From Phoronis australis (taxonomy: Eukaryota; Animalia; Phoronida), in NCBI GenBank assembly GCA_002633005.1, contig NMRA01000650.1:20850-84849 (forward strand): a DNA stretch of 64,000 nt. The letters are read 5' to 3'. The notes beneath the pieces were generated by a model, which was given only the letters and a program-made list of their open reading frames with translations, had not been told where the DNA came from and searched no databases. Positions 1-14,300 of this stretch are shown piece after piece; the stretch's first letter is position 1; every line of letters starts with the position of its first letter. Both the position numbers and the translations under genes were made by a program.

Positions 1-955
1 TTTCAGCCCCTCCCACTCCTCTGGGTCTGTGGTTTCAGCCCACTAGGTCAGGACTGTTGTTGCAGCCGGCCTCCTCCCGTTCGCAGGTCTGTTGTTGCAG
101 CCTGTGGCCCAAGGCCTGTAGTTGCAGGCTTCAATTTCTAGTCATTAGTTCTAGTTAACTTTACATACATTTCGTTATGTTCTTGTTTTTTATATTCTAG
201 ACTTATGTATTCTAATTTCCTGTTATCCTGTTTAGTACCTATATTTTATCATAGTCTAACCTTGTTATTGCCCGGGTTGCGCTTCCTCGGATGGGCGATG
301 TCAGCATTTCGTGCTGCCATTATGGCGTTTTTTGCATGCCCATCTTGCAGAGTCTTAGTTAGTTTTATCTATTACGTCATAATAAGTGACAATATTCGCA
401 ATCCTCCTCTTGTTTTACTCTGCAACATAGCTCGTGGCGTACCCCGGGCAAAATAGATTACGATAAACATACTTTGTGTAGTATTCTCACTGTTTATTTT
501 GGAATTTTGTCGATATATATTTTCAGAATTACACATCGTAGGAATGAAATGTTTTACAACATCTAATAAAGCACGAAGATTGAGGACACCGAGTGGAAAG
601 TCTTAGTTGAGAAGGGAATGGTTTACCTGCGGACAACATTACTTTTTCTGTCTGCAATCACAATCTCTGCTCGGTTTTGCCACGTTTCAATCCTCATTGT
701 TTTTCATTAAAATTTGATTCGCTTATTGTGTATTCTGTTTTTGAAGAGCAGTTTGGTGTACACATTGTACTGGGATATAGACTTACGACAACTGTTGTTT
801 TTGAAGGATAGGTTGGTGTACACATTATAATGGACAATAAAATTACGACTACTTTGACGGTCTCAAAAGTCTGCTAATCTTCAGAAATTTGTCTGAAAAA
901 TGTCAAGCATCACAAAAATATATTCATGTTTAAACCTTAATTTTCACATTGACAG

Positions 956-1341
956 AAACGAGAATGCATTGTCTTTTTGAGCATGACGAATTAAAGCAAA
1001 GAAGTTTTGGCTTCGACGTCTTGCCGAAGTTAGATGATGGCCGCCGAGCACTTTACCAAACCACTTCAAATTTCGGTAAAGGTAGTTCTGGATGTCCCGG
1101 TTTCGTGGCTGACGATAAACAGGAAACTAGCGTGGGCGCAATGCAAAGATTAAGTTTTCCCAATGTGTCGCCCGCCCAAACTGTTCCGTTAGATGAAACA
1201 TTCGCTAGTTCCGTTGAACAAGGGAATCGCATGGAGGCCATTTACGACGCCATGAAAAACTCCCTCAGCGACACAGATGAAAAACTATGCAGGAAACTTT
1301 AAGCCAAAGGAAGACCGTGTTAAACTAGTTTGAGCATACAT
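956..1341 (+). pseudogene. Possible exon or pseudo-exon of an upstream gene, product unknown
   Basis: Acceptor ttttcacattgacag, ~115 open codons, TAA at 1300 and 1321, then an in-frame CAT|GTAAGT donor. Confidence 0.35.
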
Positions 1342-1741
1342 GTAAGTTGTAGTAATGCCCAAACACCTGTTTATCACATATTGGTAAAAAATAAACCAGG
1401 GCATCATATGGGTCGGTTACTTATAAACTTGTCTCAGAACCTAGGTTTGCTATCGGACAAAGCTTTAAGAGCGAGTCAGTAGAAAAAATCTGGAATGCAG
1501 TGTAGACTGGCCTTGGTGCATGTACTAAATCTTACAGTTAGATGTGCTTGGAGAGAAGAATTGTTTTAGGTATACTTAGATAGGCATACAGAAGATATAC
1601 TAAGGATTAAATACACAGCGCCTGGCACCACTCTTTAGCAAACAAATGCCTTGCAATTATGGTTCTTGGGGAATGACCACGAATAATGCTGCTTGTATTT
1701 TAACATGGACCGCAGTTCAAATTTGACCACGAAAATGAGAA

Positions 1742-2212
1742 GCAGATGTACACACTGTAACCACTGTGATCCAGTAAGGGACATTGCAGACAGCCGCGGA
1801 TGTACATACTGTAATCATGTTAATCTTGTAAGGGGCATTGCATACAGGTGCAGATGTACATACTGTAACCATTGTGGTCATGTAAGGTTCATTGCAGGTA
1901 GCCGCAGATGTACATACTGTAACCATTGCGGTCATGTAACGTTCATTGCAGACAGCCGCAAATGTACATACTGCAACCATTGTGGTTATGTAAGGGGAAT
2001 TGCAGACAGCCGCAGATGTACATACTGTAACCATCGCGGTCATGTAAGGTTCATTGCAGACAGTCGCAGATGTACATAATGTAACCATTGTGAACATGTA
2101 AGGGGAATTTCAGACATCCGCAGATGTACATACGGTAACCATTGTGGTCATGTAAGGGAAATTGCAGACAGCCGCAGATGTACATACTGTAACCGTTGTG
2201 ATCACGTAAGGT
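1742..2212. repeat. 54-bp minisatellite, ~8.5 copies (gcagatgtacatactgtaaccattgtggtcatgtaagg...)
   Basis: Directly visible tandem units; 18-aa periodicity in the ORFs on both strands. Confidence 0.95.
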
Positions 2213-3199
2213 CTCTTGAGGTTCTTTTGAGGCCCTTGTCTCTTTCGGTTCTCCTCCAATTAACCCTTATTTTTATAGAGGACTGGCGTACAAAGTTCAG
2301 CAAAAACGAGGCAGTAATACCACTATCATATCCCGAGGGAGCACCCAAGAGCTCAAAACTCGAACTTCCGCACCTGAAGCCACATCCAGTTGTGCTTGGA
2401 TCTGGCTAATTAAACCCCGTCAAGAAGGGACCGAGGTACGCTGATAATCCGTGTGTAGAAGCGTAGATTCAAGACCTTCTCCGCTTTCACCTCATTCGTG
2501 AGATGGTACCAAGGCCGATCCACTAGGTCGTCCCGAACCACGAATTTATAGGACACAACTGTAGTTCGACAGCTCCCAACTCGGTTCAAGCGGATGTCGA
2601 ACTCCCCACGTAAGTGTTTGCCATCTCAAAGGAGTTATCCCCAGTTTGGCACGTCTACATCCAGGAACAGATCATTGCTATACCTGCTATAGATAACTGT
2701 GTAGAGTGTAGAACCCCAATACAACACTCGCTATTCTGGGCACTGCAGCTCTGCGTTGTCACCAATCCTGAGAATGATAACAGGCGCTAGCTGGAAGGTA
2801 CTGCAGGATTTGATGACCATCTGACCTTCAACAGCCCACAGCCACTTATCCAAGGCTCTAGAATTTTTCCAACCTAATCTTCCCCCTCGCAAATTTTCAA
2901 GGAGGCCAGTACGACGAGAGACCGAAAGGCACCGAGCCGACCTTAGGGGATAGTGAGTTGTCATTGGCTTGACCTCTACCTTGCAAACTGCCCCGCACCG
3001 GTGACCTTTCTGGAAGTATGATACTCCCGCCAGTATAGGTTTAGAGATCACAGAAAAACACACGCTGTTCCACCACGACACGGTACACAGAACAGACCAC
3101 AGACACCATGTGCATGTTTCATAAGAAAGTACCACATTTATACCAAGTGACACGTTTGAGTTGCCATTTTAAACCTGATAAAGGAAATAATTCTCTTCA

Positions 3200-3686
3200 G
3201 ATTTTGTCAATAAAACAGAAAATTATATGTACTGCAATCCAGATAGCATTGCAGAGAGTGATGGTGACCAAGGAAAGCAACAACATTGTCAAAAATTGTT
3301 CTTTGTGGGAAACTGCGCTCGTGTAATCAATCTGGATGAAAAGTCTGTATGCTATTGGTATGAAGCAGATGTATTCTGTTTTAAAATTTATTGAAGATCC
3401 AGCGAAGGTGCGACCTGAAGAGTTTGAAATACGAAAAAGCCACGGCAGAGTTAGATAGATGTTGGATTGACAATAAATAGACAAGTCATGTGCTGTTTCT
3501 GTGCATCCCGATAGGCTGCTGGTCGTTGCTAGATCAAACAATGACGCCTACAATTTTCAAATCGAAACTGGATCTTGGAAATGCACTTTTAGTTTGAAAG
3601 ATTTTGGCTGTATAGCAAACGGCGATTTCATGTCGAATTTCTTTGCTGGTCGAGCGCAGACCATATACGCACAGAACCCGGTGTGA
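3200..3686 (+). pseudogene. Possible decayed NHL/beta-propeller-like coding fragment
   Basis: Translation ...SCAVSVHPDRLLVVARSNN... resembles the NHL pattern (V.V.PDG.L.V); interrupted by stops. Confidence 0.25.
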
Positions 3687-5029
3687 AAGTTACTACTGTC
3701 ACCCTGTCCGGTTTGTATTTGAATGAAGCATCCGGGTAATCTACTGAATGTTTTGCCCGTATGCTGGCATTGAAGTACATGCAGCTATTAAATTATCTAC
3801 TGGGGGGGGGGGGACAATCACAACTGCCACACTGGGAAATGCAGGCCCCGCGAACACCAGACCCCGGTAGACACAGAACTCCGTGTGATGCAGGACAAAC
3901 TGGACATACATGAACGTGTATAGAGCAAAGGACACAAAAAACCCTGGTATCCATAAAACGGGACACGTTGAACCGGCCACATTAATCACAGAACACTACA
4001 ACAAGGGATACATGTAAGTACATGTACCACCCGGGACACATCGAGATGACCCCGTATCTCACGAGGAACAGTGCTAAGAGCTGAAATGTTACCATTGTAA
4101 ACCTGTGGTGTAAACTGTATTACAGTGTATAAGACCAAGGCATTGAATGCAGTAAACAGTTCTGATTCTGATTCTGTTCTGTATCACAACCTATCCAGAC
4201 CAGAGTAACCCACATTTTATGCACATTTATTACATCTCTATATTGATTAAACGCGAAAGGTACAGTGTACGTCATGTTGGCTATGCAATTTATTATGACG
4301 CTTGAACAGAAATGCCCTTATGCTTTGATTTATTAACCGATCTCACCCGAGAAGAACATTTAAGACTTCTTTTCTCTGAAAGTGCAAATTCCACAAAGTG
4401 ATCAGATTGAGATATGCAATTTATATCACATGGCACACGTACTTTAAGACACGTGTATGAAAGCAAATTATACCAAGCCCAGCAACGAAGGACCGTGATG
4501 GAATTTGAAAGTTTCTGACGGCAACTTTTAGGTCTCAAAATAACGAAGTCGGTTATTCTGATCTGCAATAGTAAGAAAATGGAGAACAATTTAGATTGCT
4601 AATACATGATCATTTAACTTTTAAAGCAACTGTTGCGTTGAAAAAACAAAACTTTTCGTCAATGATGAAAGCGAAAATGGTATGCCTTGTGTGGGCAAAT
4701 ACTTAAAAAATGCTGTGGCTCTATTTCAATACGAGCTTATTTCGCGTTTGCCTCCCCTCCCATGCACAGAACTTGTCTTCCTTGGTAAACTTCATCGCAT
4801 CTCGCTCAAAGGGCATACAATTCATCAGCTAGGTATTCGCATTCTCACGACGTTTTCCTTTTCAAAGAGTGAAACAAAGTTGCGGAAGTTTTGCAGCAGG
4901 TTAGCGAGAAATCGTGCTCTGTACACCAAAGAGCACCAAACAAATTCTTCAACAATTCAAAATATGCTCGAAATTCATCCTCCTGAGTTCTGTCTGACTC
5001 TGTTTCCATGACGTCAGATGGTAACATCA

Positions 5030-6437
5030 AGAAGTGTACATAGAATTGTTTTCAATTTTCATAAATGATTTGATTAATGATTTGAACAGTTGTAGCAAAG
5101 GTATCAATTTTGATGGATGTAATTTATCATTTCTGTTGTATGCAGATGACATTGTGATTTTTTCTGGTAATGAAGCCTATTTGCAGGATTTACTGAACGT
5201 ATTAAGTAATTGGTGTGCAAGGTGGCAAATGTCCGTAAATTTTTCCAAGACTGATGTGGTTCATTTTCGCAAGAGGGGACATGTAAGAACGAGTTTTGAA
5301 TTCATTTTGTGTGATCGCATTGTGAATTTAAAAGAATGTTAAGTATTTGGGTGTAACTCTGAATGAGTTTATGGATTTTAGTTTGACAGCTGAGATACTG
5401 GCGGACTCCGCGTCCAGAGCGTTGGGAGCTCTGGTGAGCAAGTACAAACATATTGGTAACATGGGTTTAAACAGTTACAGTAAATGTTTTGAAATGCCCG
5501 TAGCTTCAATTCTAGAACATGGATCTGGAATTCGGGGATACTCTCAATACTCCTAATGTGAAATGATCAGAACGAGAGATCTACGTATATTTTTAGGGGT
5601 TCACAAGTATGCTGCCAATGCAGTACTTTATGGCGACTCGGGTTGGCCAAATTCACACTACAAACAACAGAAAAATATGCTACGGCTCTGGAATCGTTTA
5701 GTTCTAATGGATGAAAGCAGAATTGCAAAAAAAGTCTTTTTATGGGACCTTAAACATCGGAACTGCAACTGGTAAAGTTCAATATTTAAAATTATGGAGA
5801 AGTGCGACTTTTTAGAAAATTTCAGGAACAAACAAGTTGTGTCTCTCGAAAACTTCAGAACATTCAGGTTCCACTTAGAAGAGTTAAATTGGTTAAAAAT
5901 AATCACTGAGAAACCAAAACTGTACTTATATAGATCTATTAAGAATGACTATTGTGTAGAAGAGTATTTACGTCTGCCGGTGTCTCAGAGGTCCGTCATA
6001 GCTCGATTGAGAGCAGGTATTCTACCATTAGAGGTTGAGGTGGGGCGGTACTTCGGAATTCCTGTGAATGAACGGATCTGTCGATTTTGTAAAAAAGGAA
6101 TTGAAGATGAAGTTCATTTCATTTTTGATTGTGAAAAATATACTCACATTCGACCATATTTTTTACGGCGTTCTGCCATACCTCAAATATTCCAAAATAA
6201 CTTGAAAGGTCTAGCGAAATTCATTCAAGACGTTTTGCAGGTTAGAAGTAATTGTTTGTTTATAAACTAGTCTGAAATGGTCATATTTGAGCTTGTGCAA
6301 TTTGTTATGTAATGATTTAAATATTATTAGGTGACTGAGTAAGCCCATTGAGGCTGGGGGGTGTGGTGAATAATCTGTCTTTGATTGTATTTACTAGTAC
6401 ACTTATGTCACTATAATAAATAAATAAATAATAATAG
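5030..6437 (+). mobile_element. 5'-truncated CR1/L2-group non-LTR retrotransposon (RT C-terminal part), decayed
   Basis: LFSIFINDL, LLYADDIV and RIC.FC...EDE.HF.FDC motifs across four broken ORFs; (AATA)n tail at ~6413-6437. Confidence 0.9.
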
Positions 6438-9400
6438 AATAATACACTGTCTGATATATCCCCACCAACATCTATATTAATTAGAAAGGGATACACGAAT
6501 GCGTGAGCAGCCATCGATATAAAACTCGTTACCAATAAAATATGAGTGCTGGTTTGCCCGTAAAAAGCTTAGAATGTCACAATGCAAGTCTTGAAAGTTC
6601 GGAGTTTATTGTCTGCAGTAACATACTGTAACTTTCGAAAACAGTGTTCCAATCAGTGTTCTTTACTGAAATGCATACGCTACGCTGCTGCATGTATAAC
6701 AATCGCTATTATTCTCTTAATGGAGGGGGTCGAATTAATTGATGAACTACTATGTAGGAAGTCCTATACTGTCACCCAAGTAGTGATCGATCCACAGTAT
6801 TTTGTTGTTAAGTAAGTTTTTCATACAAAAGAACGAAATTTAACAACACAAGTGAAGAGGGAAGCACCTACCGTCCTTTTCACACTCCTTATACCCGCTT
6901 GGCTAAAAGTTAACAGTTAATTTCGGGGGGTCTCCAAGAGATATGCCAAACGGTGGTTCATTTACTTTTATACATTTCAATATCCTGGCAGTGGTTGCAT
7001 AGCCAGAAAATTTCAATTACATTTTGTCTCACGTCACTGAAACAGAGGACTAGAGCTGGTCGTGGAACTAGTATAAATAAAGGTTTACTCTAGAGTGCTT
7101 TTGTGATTGACTTTGCAAAATAATCTCCAAAGTATGCAATAATAGGTAGTTTAATCATGTAACATAATGCTGTTGCATATTACAGGTACGTTTTAAAGTA
7201 AACTTTGTAATTCGTTAAAAAATTCAACTAGGTGCCCGCATTCCAAAAACATGAAAGCACAGCCTCGGCACATTTCATTTCGTATTACCTTCAATTTATT
7301 TAAATGTAAATTATCAAATGTTTCCATTAACCTTTACAATTGTGTGAACACTTCACAAAAACCTACCTCGCCAATCCAATATAATAAATATTGACTACAA
7401 ACCCACTATGAATCTAACAACTGTTTATACACTTCACAGAATCTTCCTTGCTTTCCAATGAAAACAATATTTATTATAAAGATACCATGGATCTTACAAC
7501 TGTGTCAACACGTGTCAATACATGCTAATCTGCTATAATCAGTTGCACATTGATTTTGCCTCTGACTCAATTTTTGCAGTAATTCATTTTCCACTTCGGA
7601 GAACAAGCGCCATCGATCATGTGTTTACCTACAGTATAGGTCGCATTTTTTCTATAGGCTGGTCGATCAACGTGAAATAAGACCAATACTTTTAATTAGA
7701 AGAACATAATGACATGTCTCTTGCTTTAAATTCCTGAAGTTGAAAGGCATAAAATATGGATGAAAGAAATATTCGATCAATGAGCATTGATTAAGCTGTC
7801 TCTCTGCCCTTGCAGTGTTAATTCTTGATTACAAGTTGTAAATGTATTTGTACTATCAATGACGTAATACCTTTTTATTCCAATGCCGGGGATGCAAACT
7901 TGTCTTAGACGTACAATAGAAAACGTTGGGTTTTAGCCCTTCTCCAATAGTACGGGCATTTCTATTGGCAGATATTCGAAAAACGGCTCTTCAAAAACGT
8001 AAAATGTTATCTCCCGTATTTTTGTAAAGGAACAATATTTTAGTAGATTGTATCAAGCATTCTGTGTTACAATTTATCTTTTTATCTATGGTAGTTGTAT
8101 TGCACTAAAAAATATCCACCCTTTAATTTTCATTCAGTGAGCACAGTTTATTAAAACTATACTTTATGCTGTGCAAATACAGTTAGTTACTAACGGAATT
8201 CCAGTATATCTCCTTAAATGATAGTCACGTGTGGGATCAAGAATATAACATCTGGCCAAAGTAAACAATATTTAACATCCACCTACATTACATAAGAACT
8301 TTACATCTGACCGTATTACAAAAGTATTTTAATACTTTCCAAAAAGATTTTAAAAGAGATGCGCCCGATTGCATAATTTTGTAAAGTTATCCCAAAATAT
8401 GCCCACGGGCTCACTTTAGGCTGCATTTACTTTTTGGCGATTCCAGATGATGTTTCGGTTCGGAATTTCTGTCCGTTGGGAGATTGGACTGGATCCGTGA
8501 ATTATGTTGCTTTACCATGGCAATGAGTTATCTGAGAAGTCAGTCTTAAATGTACCCAGAAAAATGTCTGCACAGACAGCGAATTGGGTGATTTGGGAGC
8601 ATAATGTGTACTACCATTCCTTCTACAATCATGGTGGTAATTCAAAATTCACACAAAATTGTACGTTTACAACATGTAGTTGTTGAAATGAATCATTTAC
8701 CGAACTCCATTCACCAAGCAAGAAAACGATTGCTGTTGGGTAGTAGAATACATGTAATTGGTAAATGTACTTATTCATCCTTCATTTTGTGTGGTTGATA
8801 ACGTTGCTTTAGATTTCAGTGTACGTACCTGGACGTATATCTTTTTTGTATGTCCTTGTAATGGTTGGTGTGTTAGCACTTACAGAAAGGTTCCCTGCCA
8901 TGAAACGCTATTCTCTTATTTAGCGGTTGCTGTGTTATAATCTGAATAAATTTCACCTCTTCTTTTGAGTTAAATAAACACTTCCGCTTCATTCCGTAAT
9001 GTCGGCTTTAACCTATGATAGTTCAGCTAAAATTTAAGCCCAAATAATTCTAATCTTACACAATCTAAAATATTTTCAAATTTAACTGAACTTTCAATAG
9101 TTTTTTAGGTCATTTTTATTTCTGAAGTGCACCACAGTCTAAATTGTCATCGTTTTGAGAAAGACCTAACACTTTGCAACTAGATGTGTTACCTTTGTGT
9201 TGTCAATACATGTAGGTTTGACAGTTTGATTTTTAAAGTCCTTATTTACTCTAACTAAATATTTTTAGACTTTTGCATTCTCTTAAATAAATATAGGAGA
9301 CTTATAAATTAGGCTATCTCATTTGTGGGAATTATGCAGAGTGCAAAGTTGCTTTCCAAAGACGTTTAAACATGGATTGACGAGGGTTATCAAAAGGTAA

Positions 9401-11311
9401 CCTCTTTGTACAAGTTTAATGAGTTTCAACTTGAAAATGTTTCTGGGAAGGGCAAGAACTTTGCTTCTGACGAAGATGGACGGAAGTCGGACGGTGTTTT
9501 AACGAGCATTGAAATCCGCTTTTGAGTTAAGAAATACCATTCAAGCGGATCCGAATAGCTACATGTATTATCAATGTGTATTTCTATGGGCACTGAGCAG
9601 ATGAAATTCTTTTGCAAAATGTTTTCACTCTGTTGCAAAATCAGATGGAGAGAGGGTGTTTTAGGTAAATAGTGCACGTTAGTGGAGACGTCTATTGATC
9701 GGCGACCAGAAAATGAGTGTCGAAACTGTGTGGAAAAGAAATCTTTGCGTTCAACGTTGCATTAATTTTTTGTTTAAATACCCTATCTGTAATAATTATT
9801 AATAGCCTTTAAGGATTAAGAGGAAAACGTTCAGAAAATCTACCAAGTTCTTGTGGTTGTTCGACTTAGATGCTAGTGTATTCAATGAATGTGACCATGG
9901 TAACCGTCATCTAAGTAGATAAAATAATTCAACATTAAGTGTACAATCGTCTAATTATTCATCAAATTCAATGGTCAATACTTGTCATGTATTGTTTTCC
10001 CAATAAACTTGATATTAAATATCATTTAACAATGCGGTGAACTTTAGTTTAAACGATATAATTCTTGGTGTTGAGACAACCACAACTGAGTGACTGTCCC
10101 TAATTGACAGCAGATGAATGGAAAAAAGCTCTTGATGTCAAAAAGGCATAATGAGTTGTAATGCCTGTAATTCAGTTTTAGATGTTACGTAATACCCGTG
10201 GTGTTGAGATTAAATATTCTGTGGGTATTTTTTGTGAAAAGTTTGTACTTATATCTAGCTTTTGTTAATTAGGCAGTGAAGTGAAATTGTATTCCAATTT
10301 ATAGCTTATAATGTCGCAAGCCTTTGGGGAGCACGTGTCACCTGACTTTGGCACCAAGCCAACTTTTATTGCGACTATTATACCACGTTCCGCCCGAGAT
10401 TTTCGCAAACTCACCAACTATTACAAAAATAACCTCAAACTGCTTCTTCAGGTTGCGTCCAGTTGGTTATTTTTGCTATGTATACACATTTCTTCAAAAT
10501 GAAGCTTTGCGTTAAAATAATAATATTGATAATGCTCATAATAACACGTAATATAAAACATGTTTTCGTAATTCTAGGACTTTTTAAGGAGTTCCCTTCA
10601 TACATTTTCTTACTTTTTGAGGATTCATTTAACTAATACGAAATGAAAACCATAAAATCTCAGCAAATAACCACTTTTTATGCCAAATAGCCACATTGAC
10701 TCATTAAACGATGTTGGCATGTTATGATGACTCCAACATCAACCAAATGAGGTCAGCCAACACGACCCAATGACCAACAAAACTAAAGGAATTATTGAAT
10801 GTGCATTAAACATTACGACGTGTCACTGGTCATTAACGTGACAACTGCCGTCTGTACCAACTGTTCTCGGGCTAATTAAGGACATATAGGTAGCATACTG
10901 CCCAAAGGGTCCATTACGCGAATGGCCCGTAGGTGTAAAGAGTGATCCTTTCAGGTGATTTTTTAGGGATATTCCCTTAAACAGGAAAGTTTGCAACACA
11001 ATGAAGAGAGCTTCGACACTGCCAACAAAAAGACTGGGTGAATGGTGACCATAGGGGAGAATCTGAAAATTGGATCCCAGACCTCCACTAACGTTACCTG
11101 CCGGTATGCCTGGAGAATTTAAGTGAAAACAACTCGGCTGACCGGCATACGCAGTATTCCTTATCATACACGCTTGATCGATCGTCAAACAAGATTCGAG
11201 TATCTCCAATAGTAACACAAATGATGTCAATGGGTTTTTACAATGACAAATCACAACCTGTAAATAACAGTCCCGTCGTACAGAGTTGGCACAGATTCAA
11301 AGGCACATTGA

Positions 11312-11383
11312 ATGAAGATGGCAGCAAAACAGGCAAGTGGCGGATCTGAAGGTTACCTCCTCACCGAAGATGAAAAGAAAGAG
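11312..11383 (+). CDS. Putative first coding exon, MKMAAKQASGGSEGYLLTEDEKKE
   Basis: ATG in AAGATGG context, open frame, donor GAG|GTAGGT in phase 0 matching the next exon; no recognisable domain. Confidence 0.55.
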
Positions 11384-14300
11384 GTAGGTACAGTGTCTGT
11401 GCTTTTGTAAATCGTATGTTTGACCTTGAATTCTTATTGTACAACGATGTTAACCCGCAATCCCGAATTTCCGTGAACAGCAAGAAATCGAAGCCTTCAG
11501 CGTCTCATGAAAATGCTCCAAAGATTGTCATTAGTCAACACTAAAACTGCGAATTCGAAAAGCACACAAGTACGTTTGCTTGTTACTTCAATAGGCCTGG
11601 GAAACATAATTATTTCATAAACAATGTTAAGAAATCAGTTTTACAAGAGTAAAACATGCCTTTCCATGTATTTATCCTAAACAGCTAGGTATGGATATTT
11701 TGAAATCCAAGACACTTCGTATTCATGCAGATCACTGTCATATTGCCAAGTTACAAAAAGAAAAAGACATTCGAGCGCTCATTTTGTCCTCACCGTTGAG
11801 TCTATCGCAGTTTGTTATTAAACCTTTAATATCTACACTATACTAAAGTTATCCACTATTATCCTGTTACTGACTAGAATATTTATAATATACTAAGGTT
11901 ATCCACTGTTATCCTGATACTGACTAGAATATCTACACTATACTAGTGTTGTCCACCGTTATCCTGTTATTGACTAGAAAATCTATGTTATACTAAAGTT
12001 GTCCACTGTTATCCTGTTACCGACCAGAATATCGAAACCCTCAGCGACTCAGAGCTACATGTATAACACAGCAAAATTCGTAATGTTTCTATGACTTTAT
12101 TATAAGTCACCAATTCTCTTACAATTGCATCAAGAATTGGGAATTTCCTGACGTCATATAACAGTTGGGTCGGAGCTCAGTGCCGTTTGCATGAAAGTGC
12201 TCCAAATAGCAAATTGACTAAGTTTTCTAAATCTAATGTGAGCCTCAGGACTTGTGAAACCACCGCTTTTTCAGCACTAATTAAGCAACCGTTGTAGGGG
12301 GCTTCTCAGTGTCATTTGGGAAGTTTATCTAGGAAACGCAGTGAGTGTGACGTAGACACACATAGGAGCTGTACACCATTGTTCTTAACGTAGTATACAT
12401 AGTGTTTTCATGCAGTGTGACGTAGACACAGTAGGGTACATGTAGCAGAGGGAGGGGAGCCGACAGAGCATTGACAACGGGAATCAACTAAAAATATTGT
12501 TTTTAGAAATTGTAGCTGATTTGTAGTTAAATTGAATGAGGTTTGTATTTTATGTTGCATCTGTTTTACTTTTCTTAGTGTTAGTGTGCATTTGAGTAGA
12601 GATAGAGTGACGTCTAGTAAACGTAGTCCCGTACACCACTAAACCTCTGCACGCTACTATGTAGACGCACTGGACATCACCAACATCACCAAACCTCTGT
12701 ACGCTACTATGTAGACGCACTGGACATCACCAAATCTCTGCACGCTACTATGTAGACGCACTGGACATCACCAAACCTCTGCACGCTACTACATGCATGT
12801 AGAAGTGCTGAACACCTTTTCACCTAGCGTATCAATGCTGGTTAAGGCATATATATACTGCTTCTTACCACAGGCGGAAAAGGTTGGAAAACGTGTAAAC
12901 CCACTTTACTGAAAGTCATTATTCCTATCATGGGAGGGTGTGGTCTCTGTGTCTCATTTGTATTGTGCTTCAAAAATAATTTTAGAAACTGCGTTAGATT
13001 TTACATTACAAAACTAAAACATATACGCACACGACGGCACTGAAGCAATGAGTGCAGAGAGGAGAAACGGAATTTATAGAATATTTTGTGGTTGAACATA
13101 CAATTTATGTCAAATTGAGGCATCCGTGTTTTGTTACAGTAATGTTGATAGACTTTTCAAGTAGAGTATTTGAAATGTATGGAAATATTTGTAAATTAAC
13201 ACGTAGTTGTGAACATTTTAATCATCATTCGTATATTTATGTACGATGATCGCAGAGACCAAAACTTATATAAAGGTGAAAAACCACGCAGTCTTAAATT
13301 CATTGTAAATTGGAAATTTTTACAGAAGAATGATAGGTCGTCGCTACATATTTATGTTATTGGCAATATCGCTTACAGTTCACGTTTTGATATAAATGAG
13401 CGTGCCAAGTTGTAAACGATCAAATGCGCAATTCAAAACTGTGTGCTGATACGCCGTACCTGGGGTGAATATTTACATTTTAGTTTAGCATCGCACGGAA
13501 GAGGATACGGTGTGTGCATACACCACCTGCTGGTAGCTAGGGGCAGACTAAAGATGTTCTCCCGGGTTTTGTCGGCTGGTACAGTTTTCAAATACTGGCC
13601 AAGTTGGTTGTTTACTAGAACTGAGTAAAAGCCCCCACGTGCTTTCAATAATGTATCTACTGACTCAAAAACTGACGTGGTTCCGCTACGAGTGTGTATT
13701 TGTGTCATTGTCTAAGCTACACTTTAAATAGCTGTAGACAGTAACCGTGTATTTTGTGGCGAGCATAAACTGAAAGAGGCGGTCTGAGTTGTTCACAGTA
13801 GTAACCCGTGACACGTGACTGAAAACAACCACTCACAGATACTCCTCTATCATAATGCACATGTACTGGCAAGCTGAAGATATTTACATTCTCAGTAAAC
13901 TTCCCAGGAGAACAAGAAAGCTTTTTAAAAGTAGTAAAATATTCAAATGTCACGGGAGTGGAACATTACTCCTCGTTGTTGCGGATTCTTCGCTTGCTTC
14001 TGAGAAAACTACCAATCTGGAATCTTAAAATGGCTGTAAAATTTGGCCAATGAAGGTAGTTCAATTGACCCGTTACCAGTGTCACTTGTCATTTTGCACG
14101 CAGCTCTTCATTGATTGGTTCTGGTAACTGCCAAAGGTATAGTTTTTCAAAATCCTTTCTCATACCCTTTGTCAGCCCATGAAAGAGAAGAAAGCGCTCT
14201 TTCATGTAAACAACGCTCGATAACATCAGCCATTTGCTCAAGCGCGTGGTCCGGGGTCGATGCGTCAACTCTTTTACTTGCTGTGTGACTAGAAGGTTGT

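Noticed and set aside
260-460. Short imperfect inverted repeat (tgcccgggttgcgc / gcgtaccccgggca)
   Set aside because: Only ~14 bp with mismatches and no TSD; cannot support an element call
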